A stretch of DNA of 63,991 nt, filler included, from Basidioascus undulatus (lineage: Eukaryota), in NCBI GenBank assembly GCA_000826855.1. It is 5 parts of 5 records of this genome, joined end to end, with 100 filler letters (N's around TTAATTAATTAA, not from the genome) between each part and the next. Parts side by side here need not be neighbours in the genome. Positions count along the whole stretch, not along the records: positions 12,962 to 25,775 come from JTLS01000872.1; 4 more parts are not named here. One strand, written 5' to 3'. Shown here one piece after another: positions 12,962 to 24,354 of the stretch. The position numbers and the translations under genes are program-made. A model generated the notes under the pieces. That model was not told the origin of the DNA, ran no database searches, and saw nothing but the letters and a program-made list of their open reading frames with translations. Position 1 is the first letter of the stretch. Each line of letters opens with the position of its first letter.

Positions 12962-13913
12962 GGGGGCATGGGGAGGGGAAGGGGGAGAGGACGCGGACGC
13001 GGTCAGGTTTGGAACGCCCCGTAGCCGTCGCGGTTACACCGTCAACTTTGTTGGCGTTCGCGAACGCGACAACTGCGTCGACATCGCTCCGCGCAAGCGA
13101 GGTATGTCAGCACATCCTTTGTGGCTTTTCACGCACGCCGCGCCGTTGCTCACGAGGCCCCGGCATATCGCAGAGCTTGTCCGACGCGCCGCGGATCGGA
13201 GCATCCGCGCTGGAGGAGCGGGAAGGGGGCTGCGCGCGCATCGCAGTGATGTTGTGCCCATGCAGCCTCACGGAGCTCGCAGTAATACATTGTAATCTGA
13301 TTTCCTTGGCGCTTTCCCTCGCTGTCAGGCTGCTGCTTCTCAGAACCCTGCTCACGTTATGAGAGACCGACTCATGCATTTGCTGATTCAACCTTCCGTC
13401 TATCCCCTCTTCTTGACTCGCTCCCTTTCACGCTCTTCCTTTTCAAGAACGAGACAGATTTGACTCCCTTATTCCTGCTCAATCATTATTCTCTTTTGGG
13501 CGACCTGCACAGCGCCGTCTTCGTAACGTCAATTTGAAAATTCCAGTACCCGCCATTTGGAAGGGTTCGCACTCTGAAGGGAGAACTATGACTTCACTTG
13601 GGACTTTGCTTCCTCAGAAGCCTTACCGCAACTCGCACAGCGGTCGCGTCCGACTGTGCCAGTCTCCTCTCCGTGCCGGTATCAACTGGTATGCACTCAA
13701 GCTGATGTGACCCACCATAGTCTTCTTCTTTGACCTGCTTCCTAATCAATGAGACACCCAACTGTTGCAGGATGCTTCGATACTTGAGTTTGGAGCACAA
13801 GAAAAACACAACTGAATGAGAGCTGCTTTCTACAGAAAGAGAATGAGGTTGGTAGCAGAATTGGGACCAAGGTGAGACAGGGAAGAAAGCACTGATGCGG
13901 TGCTTTTATTTGT

Positions 13914-14390
13914 GAAAGACAGTGATTGCATTGAGGACAGTCCCTGAATCAAGAACTGTGCTTGGCAGAAGGAATGTCCTTCACTGAAAGATTGTCCCTC
14001 ACTGAAGAACTGCTCTTGCCTGAAGGACTGTCCTTGGGTGAAGAACCTGCCCTGGCTGAAGGACTGTCCCAGATTGAAGGACTGTCAACAATGCAAGGAC
14101 TGTCCCCAAGTGAAGGACCACCCACTGTCCTTAACATAGGACTGCCCCTAAGTGAGAGACAGCCCTTCACTGAAGGATAGTCTTTGACAAGAGGACTGTC
14201 TTTAGCTGAAGGACACTCCTTGACAGGAGGATTGCACTTGGCTGAAGGACTGCCCTTGACCAAGGGACTGTCCCTGAGTGAAGGACTGTCCCTGGTTAAA
14301 GGAGAGCTCTTGATACGAGGACAGTCCCGGGCTCAAGCATAGTCCTTGGCTGGATGGAGGATTGCGCCTGGCAGGACTGTCTCTGAGAAG
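13914..14390. repeat. Degenerate tandem array of ~25 x 18-bp units, consensus GAAGGACTGTCCYTGRCT
   Basis: Units read directly, e.g. GAAGGAATGTCCTTCACT, GAAGGACTGTCCTTGGGT, GAAGGACTGTCCCAGATT, GAAGGACTGCCCTTGACC, GAAGGACTGTCCCTGGTT. The core AAGGAC-T-GTCCTT is palindromic. Confidence 0.9.
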
Positions 14391-15018
14391 CACTCCTTCC
14401 TTCTGCCGGAGAAGTACAAGAGCTCCACCAGGCTACTACAGACCACAGCTTCAATATGCAATTATTTTTTAATTCAATTGAAGCGTTTTGAAATTGAGGC
14501 TTTCAGTCTCAGCAAGGCTGGAGTCCTGCAGCTTTTTCCATGATGGGCCAGTTAGAAATGCATCAACACTGCCAGCACAAGCACCAAGAAATCCGGATCA
14601 ATTAACAAACAGGAATGTCTTGAGTACTCTCAGTGACTCCCCCTGCCTTCCAGTAACAAAGAAAGCAGAACAAGAACATCGCTACTACAAGTGATGAGCC
14701 TCGGAGGAAACAAATACTTCATGATCCAGTATGCCCAATCATAGCAAAGACTGGAGAGTTGATTTCATATCTTGGTTTAGAATTCACCCAATTTGGTCCA
14801 GGCTTCAATGTAAAACCCGCAGGTGAGGCCGGAAGTGGAAATATCTGCAGGCGCAGACAAATTATTTGACGAACGGACGAGTTGAACAAGATTTCCTCGC
14901 CCTCGCGCGCCCGCCGCTAGCTTGCCTCTTGATCTACCGCGTCTTCTTGCCTATCGGCTCCCCTCGCACGCTCTTCGCCTTCCCTTCTTGTGATCGTTCG
15001 GAAACCACGCCTACGACT

Positions 15019-16138
15019 ATGGCCGATGACGAGAAGGAGGTTTCGCGGCTGTGGAAGGTCAACCGGACCGTCCACGAGCTCGTGCAGGACCGGGTACGCG
15101 CCAGCTCCCTCTCGCGGAGGCGCCTCCGCGGCAAGGCTGATCGGGGCGGCGGTTGAGCGGATTGCAGGGCTTCCAAGTGTCTGCGGAGGAGATTGAGATG
15201 ACGTTCCATGAGTTTAAGGACGAATACGCACCGAACGGCTCGGTCGAGTGCGTCCGCTCATCCTCCCATAATCAGTCCTGCTCGCGAGATGCTCATGACC
15301 TTCTGGCCACAGCCGCGGCAAGCTGAACTTTTTCTCACAACACGAGGACCACCCCGAGGAGCAGATCTTCGTGTACTTCGCGGATGAGAAGTCGATTGGT
15401 ATTAAGACGATGCGGAAGTGCGTCCACCCTCCACCACCTCCTCATCCGCGCCGACAGAGCTCACTGACTATCGGTGCGGCTCTCAGATTCTTGACGGTGC
15501 TGGAGGAGAAGAAGATTGGGCGGGGCATCTTGATCTACCCGGAGAAGATGACTCCGGCGGCGAACCGTGTGCGTTTGGATGGGCGAAGAGTGACCAGGTT
15601 GGGCCAGGCACTGAAGGGGCACGCGTGTTGGGGGCAGGTTATTGCGGAGATGGCGGCGGACTACAGGCTGCAGGCGTTTCAGGAGGCGGAGCTTCAGGTC
15701 AACATCACGTACGCCGTTGCCATTCTTGCCCCCCGACACCTCTTCCAGGTCGTGCTGAGCGTCCTGTTCCCTTTCTCCCGCCCTCGCCGCTCCCGTCCCT
15801 CTCAAACACTCACCCATTCCCTCTCTCGTGACGCCGGTCAATCTTTTCTTCCTCAAGTCATCACCAGCTCGTGCCGCAGCACGAGGTTCTGCAGCCGGAA
15901 GAGAAAAAGGCGCTGCTCTCGCGGTAGTGCGTCGTCTCGGCCGTGCTCCGCGCGCGTCTACCCATCCGCTGACATCGTACTTCTCATTTGCAGCCGCCTG
16001 AAACCCAGCCAGCTGCCGCGTATCCTGCAGGGTGACCCCGTGGCGCGCTACTTCGGTCTGGAGCGCGGGCAGGTGGTCAAGATCATCCGGCCCAGCGAGA
16101 CGTCCGGTCGCTACGCCTCGTACCGGATATGCTTCTGA
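15019..16138 (+). CDS. RPB5: RNA polymerases I/II/III shared subunit RPABC1
   Basis: [26 protein letters not shown]...[22 protein letters not shown]...[42 protein letters not shown]. Confidence 0.97.
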
Positions 16139-16631
16139 TGTCGTGCGGGCAAGGATACTAGGGTTGAGGTGGATGTGCTCGAAGGGAGGGTGTGTACTAC
16201 CTAAGGCGGGAGCCACGCGCTCGTCTAATGTATCATTAACCACATGGGGCAATGTGCTTCGGGATCCTAACGCTGACCTCCGTAGTCGCTGAGCGTCGTA
16301 GTCGCTGACCTTGCATGACCTTCATCTTTAACCATCGCGCACTCATCCTCGATCATCGCATTCTCATCCTCGATCATCGCTTGCTCATTACACACTCTCT
16401 GTTCAGCGCTCCGCTCGGTCGCTTTGGGATGGTGCCTCTCCATTAACCCTTCCCTCGTCTTCGCCTCGCTCTTATGCGCGCCTTCACATTGACGGGTTGT
16501 GAATAATCCGCACCACTTCACTTACTGTTAGATCGACATCGCAAGGCCACGCTCCCGGACGATGCAGCGATTCACTCATGACAATGTCCATTTATCATCT
16601 CGTTGGCTTCATCATCCCATTCCGACATCCC

Positions 16632-17207
16632 TCATGTCCTTACATTCCCAAACTGGTCCACCGTCTCGGGGTCCTCGGCATGGCGAACATCCTTATCCAA
16701 GCGGCGATCGCCCAGCACCTCCGCGGGGGGTACGCGCGCCTTCTTGCCGTGCGCCCGCTGCTCCGACTCGAGGTAGTCGGGCCCCCAGCGGCCCGGCTCG
16801 ACACGGTGCTTGTTTTGCAAGTCATGCGTCACGCCGTCCTTCTCGGCGTGGTGGGTGTCATGCAGGTTCTGATGATGCGCACGTCAGCGCTGGACCACCC
16901 GGTAGACCAGGAACGGGGCAACGTACGTCAGGAGGGTCCTGTGAGGATGAGGTGAAAGGTCAGCTCAGATACACAGCTGCCCGCCTGACGCCAGGGAGCA
17001 CAGGAAACGCACGCGAAGGTAGTCCTCGCTGATGTCGTGGTCCGTGGGGATCTTGTGCCCCGCCCCGTCAATGTTCTGGTAAGTCTTCTTGAATTTCCTG
17101 TTCGACGTCCAACAATCAACCATCAGTACGACTGAAGCATTCCGCCAATCCGATTCTGCCTCGTTGAAAAGCACACACTCGTCGCTGTTGCGCTCGAACT
17201 CGGACAT
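16632..17207 (-). CDS. ~120-aa highly hydrophilic hypothetical protein (4 exons, including a 12-nt microexon at 16927-16938)
   Basis: Three GT-AG introns give MSEFERNSDEKFKKTYQNIDGAGHKIPTDHDISEDYLR-DPPD-NLHDTHHAEKDGVTHDLQNKHRVEPGRWGPDYLESEQ...VDQFGNVRT* with no internal stop. Confidence 0.75.
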
Positions 17208-17651
17208 GGTGGTTAGGGATGAAGTAACTTTGGTGGTGAACTCAAGAGAGGATCGTTATGCGTCGTGTGCAGTTATGGTTGGTTGAGGTGCGAAGGAGAA
17301 CAAGCTCGAGGGTGTTCTTATCGGCGGGGAATGCCTGACGACAACCCCCAGTCATGGCCTTGTTCACCCTGGTCGGCTCGCCTTAAGCCTCGACTGCAAC
17401 TTCTTCGCACGGTGTCATTGGAAAGCAGCTGACGTGCTGGGAAAGCAATGATGTACATACTCAGGCGCCAAGGGGCAACGTAGGGCGTTCAGTGCAGATG
17501 CGCCTGCTTGCACCCCAGTTCGGTCTAGGTAAAGGTATCGCCCATTTTATCACAAGAAAGGTGTAGCACAACAACATGATTTGTTCAGACCTTGACTCGA
17601 CTCCACCTAATCCCTCGCTCCTCCCTCGCAACCATCTGCCGCCCCATCTCT

Positions 17652-19215
17652 TCACGAGAACTTCCAGCGGTTGTTGCAGACTGTACACCTGTTGATGGGG
17701 AGAACATGATGGTCAGACGTAAGTCAAGTTAGAAGGAAGCTCGAGACAAGGTCATCACGCACGTCACGAATGTCTGGGGAAGAGAAGCGTGTTGAGTAGC
17801 GGTCGAGAAAAGGCTAGCAGAGGAGGAGACGCACAGTCATCGGCTCGTCCGCCGAACGCGTCTGCATCTGGTAGTACGTGCACTTGCGCTGTTTGGATAG
17901 TGAGATTCATTCCACGGTCAGCGCTCTCTCGCGGGGGAACACGGAAAGTGTACTGGGAAGACGCACCTGCCCACACTTGCCGCACTTGAACATGTCGGTC
18001 TCCGCCTGCTGCGGCCCCGCACCGCGCGCCTTGAACAGGTTCGCCACCTCGAGCGCGAGGTCCGCCTGCTTGCGCTCTTCGGAGGCCATGTCCTGAAAAT
18101 CAATCGCGGCGCGTTAGTGACAATATCTTCCATAGCCGACCAGCCCTGGGCACGCGTACCTGCACGCTCATGCGACAGAACTTGTCCGCCGGCGTGTCGC
18201 CCGAGACGACGGCTTCGCGAAGAGCGGGATTGTTCTTGTCCTTGAGGTTGAGCATGAGCGAGCGGATCTTGTTCCGGTACCCCGCGCTCAGCTCCTCCCC
18301 GTTGTCCGCCCAAACCGTCTTTTCGATCGTCTTCGCCCGATCCAAGATGAGGTCCGTCGCTGCACCCATCCGCATATCCCCATAATCAGCAAGCTTCCCT
18401 TGCCGCTCCGGTACGGTTATTCTTGAGATATGGGCGACTCACGAGCAGAGGAGTCGAACGCCATAGCGTCGTAGATGAGACCCAGACACGTGTTGCGGGT
18501 CTTCTCGCCCAGCAGCTCGAACGACACGCCATCTGACTTGCCCGTACGGGTCTGCCCCGCTGGCGTGTGCGCGGACGGGCGGCGCCCTGCGGATGCGGAC
18601 GCGGGCGTAGAGGGGGAGGCGGCCGGCGGGGAGGGCTTCGGGGAGGGCTTGGCGGAAGAGGAAGGGGAGGCGGCAGGCGGCGTAGGTTTGGGAGAGGCGC
18701 CTGGTGGAAGGGAGGGGAAGGTTGAGTGGAACGCGCGCGAATGTGGCACATGGACACGCACCGTTGGTCTTGTCCGCTACACCCTTCTCCTTCTTCACCT
18801 CCGCCACCCCACCGGCGGCCTTCTTCGGGCCGACGTCGTTCTTCCACTTGCGCACGATGTCCTTCGCCAGCTCGCTGACGGCCGAGTTCGCGTGCGTGCG
18901 CAGCTTGCCGACCGTCAGCCCGACCTTGGTTTCCTGGATCACTCACGCCCGTTCAGCCGGCTTCGAATCCCGCGACAGAAGGCGGCGAATGGATAACGCG
19001 CACCCGAATCAGCTCCTGCGACGCCTTGATCTCATCCCTGAATTTGCGCAAGATCGCGAGCACCTCCTGCGCGTCCGTCGTCCACCCCAAGGCGGGCTCG
19101 TGTGAGCATCGAAGTACCATCATGAACCTGTTCCGGGAGCACTGACATCGTGCTTCCCGGCCTCGTTGGCGGAAATGAGCGATTTCTGTGCGGATTTGAT
19201 CTCGGCGGCGTCCAT
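17652..19215 (-). CDS. DST1: Transcription elongation factor TFIIS
   Basis: N-terminal ETKVGLTVGKLR...AKDIVRKWK, central YRNKIRSLMLNLKDKNNPALR, and zinc ribbon [41 protein letters not shown]. Confidence 0.97.
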
Positions 19216-20600
19216 GAGCGCGAAAAGAGAGAAAAGGAAGAGCAGGAGCGGAGGCAAGCAAGGCTCGCGTTCGGCGGGCGAGCGCGATGAGCGCGAGATT
19301 TCCAGTTCGCCGAGCTGGAAATGCTTCTTCGTGACGCCAAACAGCGAAAATCTCAGGGCTGTCCTCGACAATGGCTTCATTTCTGCTGAATAAGTAAATA
19401 AACTTCAAGGATTCATCCTTTATTTGGATATAAAGGTATTAAGCATATGGGCGCTGGCAGATCGGTAAGCCTGCCCTGCGCCGCGCAGCGGTGCCCAGCT
19501 GGAAGCCTGCCGCCGAACCACTTCTTTTTTCCCTGCAAACCATGACAGGTGCCTAAAGGAACTCTTACTGTTTTCTAGTAGATCAACGACTAGACGTAGC
19601 GTTCGTACAGGTCCGCTTCGAACTCTGCAGATGAATGGCTACGAGCACAAAATATCCGGCGTCCAACGACAACTCCGCAAAGCTGTGTACCGTTCAGGTT
19701 GAATTGCTTTCAGAATTTACTGGAGTAGAATTATAAACTCCTTGTGAATGAGATCTGCTATGTCCAAATGTGTGAAACAGGGAAGCCAGCTTCCAGGTCG
19801 CCTGCGAGCTGCCAAGTACTGCCCTTCTTCACTGACCATGCTTTCTGATGCACTTTCACGTGCCTCGCTGTATTCTGAAGCTTCGTACCTGGAAATAAAC
19901 AAACCCCGACAGCGTGGCAAGACAGTTGAGCCTGTGTTCGTCCCCGCGGTCAGCACATTCCAGTCCACCCGTTATCCAACAAGCCCCGCTTTAAAACATC
20001 TTTCCGGCCTTCCAGAGTCTCGTCACTCTTCTCTAAGTTCGGGCGCTCGTAAGCCTTGAGAACGGGCCAAATACTCCCGCGCTGCATCTCGTCCTATGCC
20101 CGTCTAACCCCGCGGAGATTTGCGGAGATATTCAGCTCTGCGGAGGTGCCACTAACCCTACAGCCTCCCATATCAACCTCACTCACCTTCTAGATTCTGA
20201 GAGTATTTGTGAAGTCAGGTGCTGGAGAATGCCTGGGACACATGCGAGTGAAACTCCATTTGACAGAAAAACACGTGGTTCTCCTGATAAGATGTTGAGC
20301 AAGGGGCCTGCAGCGGCCCGCAGCATCGAGGCACTGCCGTTCCGCACCATCGATCATGAGAGCTTGTTCATTGCGCGGGAGTTCCCATCGCCGTGCTTCC
20401 GCCGCAATCTGCGCTCCAAGAGCATTGTTCTGTTGTTGTTTGCCAGATCCCAACCGCCTCTTTCTCTATAGCGTGTAATTTGTAGAACGTGTTGTACGTC
20501 TACGGATTGCGCATGGTTGCCATTGCTTCGCTGACGACGAGCTGCTGCAATGGCTCGCGGGGCTTTCCAGAACTAGCAACTCCCTCTCCCACCTCTAAAC

Positions 20601-21821
20601 ATGTCCCCATCCCTGCGCCGAGTGTCCTCCCACATGCCCTTCCACACTCCCACGCCCTCCCGCTCTCCTCCCCCACCGCGCCCCGAAAGCCCCACCAAGC
20701 GGGACCTTTCACCCTTCCCCCTCCAAGATGACGACCGGGCCTCGAAGCCGCGCCCCGCTTCCCCGAGCGCGACGTCCGCGAGCGGGCTGGCCGGTCTTGG
20801 ACCGCCGCACACAGCCGGGTCGAAGAAGGCGTTCCGGATGCAGACGGTGAAGCCGAAGAGCAGCGGGCGTATGGAGTACCTCTTGGACGACACGGCCGAC
20901 CGGCAGATGAGGGCGCTGTTGGGCCAAATGCTGGAGGATGCGCAGCGCAGGAGGGACGCGAGGGCGGAGCTGTTCAAGAACGTGGCGAAGGCGCAGAGAG
21001 CGATGAGGAAGGTGCGCGGTTCATTGGTCTTATTCCGTTAATTTCCAGCCAGGGTTTTGAGGCTAACTATGGGTGGGGCTGCTTCCGCAGAAAGTCGAGG
21101 AGGAGTTGATCGTTGCGAGTGAGCGCATTGCGGCTCTGGAGGACGAAATCAAGCGAGCGAAGAAGACGTCCGCCGATGTGCGTTTCCCCTGCAATTTTTC
21201 CCTTAAGCAATCCCCGTGCCTACTCTCCTTTTATACAGGACATCGCCGTCCTCCGCACGCACCTCCAAACATCCCAGCGCCGAGCCGAAGCGCTCGACAC
21301 CGAGCTAGCCCGCCTGACAGACGTCAGCAACGACACCGAAGTCGCGCTCGAGCAAGCGGTATCGCGCATCGAGGCGCTGCAGGCCGAACGCAACGCCCAG
21401 ATCCAGGCCGTCCTCGCTGCGCAGCGGCAGGCGGAGGACGCGAGCGCGAGCGTTGCGGCCGAGCGCAGGCGGCATGCGGTGGAAGTGAGGGAGTGGAGAG
21501 AGGCGTTAGAAGCGGCGGAGAGGAGGGCGGAGGAGGGGGAGAGGAAGGTGGGGGAGTGGGAGAGAGGGGAGAAGGACTCGGTGAGATTTGCGTTGCTTTT
21601 GTCGGGCTCCGAAAGTGCTGAAGGGACAACAACGACAGAAACTCGTTCGCGCAGCCTCTCCACCCCCCCAGCCACGCCCTCCCACGCTGCAGGCGATCAA
21701 CACTTTTCTTCTGACCTTCCTCGTCTTGGTCCTGTTCTACGCCATCGCCGCCGTCTGTGGTGTTCTCCCGGATCCTACCGCCGTGATGCTCTGGCTGCGT
21801 GGGAGGCTCGACGGTGTCTGA
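20601..21821 (+). CDS. Coiled-coil protein with a C-terminal hydrophobic anchor, function unknown
   Basis: Pro/Ser-rich N-terminus, long E/A/R-rich heptad region, final exon INTFLLTFLVLVLFYAIAAVCGV...LDGV*. Canonical introns. Confidence 0.7.
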
Positions 21822-22046
21822 CTCTCGTCTTTTGGGTGCTGATGAGGTCTTTGTGTGAATGATGTGCCGTGCTTAAAGTGTGATGCCATGCGTTATGAGA
21901 TCAGCACTTGAAACTGTCCTCAAACTGTCCTCAATCAGGACTGCAAGCCGTCGGTTGGGCCATCACATATACACACCTAAACACGCACATGATCGAGCCG
22001 GGCCATCTGATTTGGTTTAAGGATCTTTTGAATCTCAAAGACTCCC

Positions 22047-22998
22047 CTACCTGTTGATCTTACAACAAGTCATGGCCTCCGGAAGTCGTTGCAGCGAGCT
22101 TGCCTTCGTGCGTGCAATCCTCGAAAACGCGCGCGGTATCCACGTTCGGCTAACCGTGGGCCCATACCAGAGCCTATCCCTCATTTTTATGTCAGGAATA
22201 CTTACCAACAGATTCATGCGCTCTACAAGCGGCTTAAAAGCTTTGGCGGCCGTCTCCTGCGTGGCTCCCACGAACATGTTCGTGTGGGTCATGCCCACCA
22301 GCAGTCGTCCAGTAACTGAATCGTACAACTGTCTTCCAAGCTTCAGTATACACTCATCCCAATCCCGCGCACCAAGTAAGTGCTGCAAACACACACACCT
22401 CCCCCTTGACTATCGCCGTCCGCGCCCCGACGGACATTGTCTCGCAAACGACACGGAGGTGCGTGCCGCTGTGGTTCCACCGTATTCAGGATTAGAAGGT
22501 GAGTACACTTCTTTAAGTAGAAGGATGATGAGGAGCTGAGACAGACTCAGGTGCAGCGCTGTGAAAAAGCAGGTTGTGCGACTGCGACACGCCCGCGGTG
22601 GACCACTTGCCGTCCGGTTGCGCGTGGAGGACGATAGTCAGGGTCGTACACCTGCACTGGTCCACGAGTTATGATTCTTGGCGAAAAAATGAGAGTAGTT
22701 TTATTATGGGAAACGGAACGCACACGTCCAGCAACGTCGCCGCATACCCCCCATGCAGATTCCCCCACGCATTGCACATTTCCCTCCCGACCCTCCCCTC
22801 AAACACCAAGCGGCCCTTCCTAACTCTTCCCTCGTCGTCGAGATCCACGTCGATGGAGGAGACGGGGAAGTAAGGGAGGATGTTGGACTCCCACGAGCCA
22901 CGCACGAACGGCCAGCTTGGCGTGAACCACTTGCGGATGGAGGACGTGATGAGGGTCTTGAGGAAGGTGGGGGCGTTGCCGGACGGGAGTGAGGTCAT
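22047..22998 (-). CDS. Hotdog-fold acyl-CoA thioesterase (PaaI/ACOT13-like); 3' end uncertain
   Basis: MCNAWGNLHGGYAATLLDVCTTL...STAGVSQSHNLLFHSAAP...LRVVCETMSVGARTAIVKGELYDSVTGRLLVGMTHT. The N-x3-LHGG-x6-D pattern is typical of PaaI-type thioesterases. Confidence 0.85.
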
Positions 22999-23214
22999 TG
23001 GGAACTCTAATTTCTGGGCGTGAAGAAGGGTCAAAGGGTTGGTTGAGGAAGACAAAGATGAGAAGGGTTGGCTTCCCCAAGTCCCCGGGGTGGGGATCCG
23101 GCGTTCACGCGTGCACGCGCCCACTGTCCACGACGCCGCCAGGTCCGAAAGCGGTTTCGCCGCTCTCAACCAGGTCTTTCACAACCAGTCTTCTTCTGTG
23201 CTCTCCTTTGCACC

Positions 23215-23860
23215 ATGAGCTCCGCCAACAAACTCCCCCCCGGCACCGCCGCACCCGCCCTCAAAGCCCTCCTCACATCCTCCGTCGCCGACTAGACTCG
23301 TTTTTGAGGGACGCGTGAAGAGGGAGAGTGTGCAATGCTTGGGGAAACTTGCATGGGAGGTTCGCGGCACTGCTGTTGGATATGTGAGCGCTTTCTCAGG
23401 GATATTCCAAGGTGACAGAGAGGGGGATGCTGAAGATGTGTGTGAGGGTAGCTGCACGTCCCTCACGACCCTCTTGCACTCCCAGCCCGACGGCTCGTGG
23501 ACGTCTGCCGGGGTGTAGCAGTCCCTCAACCTGGTCTTCCATGGGGTGACTCCAGAGTGGGTCTTTCCAGATCATTCAACCTAGAATAATTCGCACTTCA
23601 CACTGGATTGTATTATCGGTGGTCACTGCGAGAATAGAGGCACACTCGTCCGCGTCGTGTGCGAAACGCTCTCGGTTGGGAAGAGGGTTGCGAACGTTCT
23701 GGGAGAGGTGGGTAGGACGTTCGCCCTTTGGATGAGAGTGTTACTGAGGCGTCCGGGGAAGATCCGACACGCTCAAACAGACAAGCACCTCGTCAGCGCG
23801 ACGCACACGAAGATGAAAGTGGCCACGAAGGCGCAATTGCAAGCTGTCTCCAAGCTGTGA
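23215..23860 (+). pseudogene. Disrupted paralogue of the adjacent thioesterase (head-to-head), ending -SKL
   Basis: KLPPGTAAPALKALLTSS aligns with SLPSGNAPTFLKTLITSS. This is followed by an internal deletion, a frameshift before CNAWGNLHGRFAALLLDI, an in-frame TAG at 23516-23518 (TCG in the paralogue), and last exons VVCETLSVGKRVANVLGE...AVSKL*. Confidence 0.85.
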
Positions 23861-24354
23861 TGTAGGGTTCAAGTGCATGCACTTTCATACCCACCAGTCC
23901 TGGACACTATTCTCAAGAGTCATGCTCCAATAGTATAAATGACACAATACGCATTGCTACCCAAACATGGGAAGAGTGCAAAACTGGGTTCTGGATCGGA
24001 AGAGCGTCGCGGAACTTCCGGAAGGTGGTTAGTAGGAGGTCTGCTTCTCAACACTTTAGAACTGCAATCCATACGCTATGGTCCTCTCAGAATAAACTGC
24101 TTCTATGCTCATTGTATCGTACATTAATATGAGAGCTTGTGCTCGAAGAGCTTTTTGTCAAAGACATGAAACAGCTGTCAGATGTTGCAGCGCCCTTCGA
24201 GGACCCCTTCAACGAGCGCCCCGCGTTCTCCCCTCGCGTCACTGCACGCGTTGACCTCTTGCCCTCATCCTCGCTGCTTCTTTCGCCTGCAGGCACTCGT
24301 TCTCTTCCTCCTCGAGGCCGCAGCAGGACTCCGGCCTCAGTGATCCCTCGCAGG

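Noticed and set aside
12962..13400. 5' continuation of SFI1 across the gap
   Set aside because: It lies on a different contig and shows no Sfi1 repeats or clear ORF.
13914..14390. CRISPR array
   Set aside because: The units are contiguous with no unique spacers, the context is eukaryotic, and there are no cas genes.
16343..16380. Short tandem duplications (21-bp here, 11-bp at ~21911, 9-bp at ~6970) and a GAC microsatellite at ~6614
   Set aside because: Ordinary slippage repeats; the GAC run simply encodes poly-Asp.
23516..23518. In-frame TAG as stop-codon reassignment or readthrough
   Set aside because: The same gene also has a deletion and a frameshift, and TAG terminates other genes in this window.
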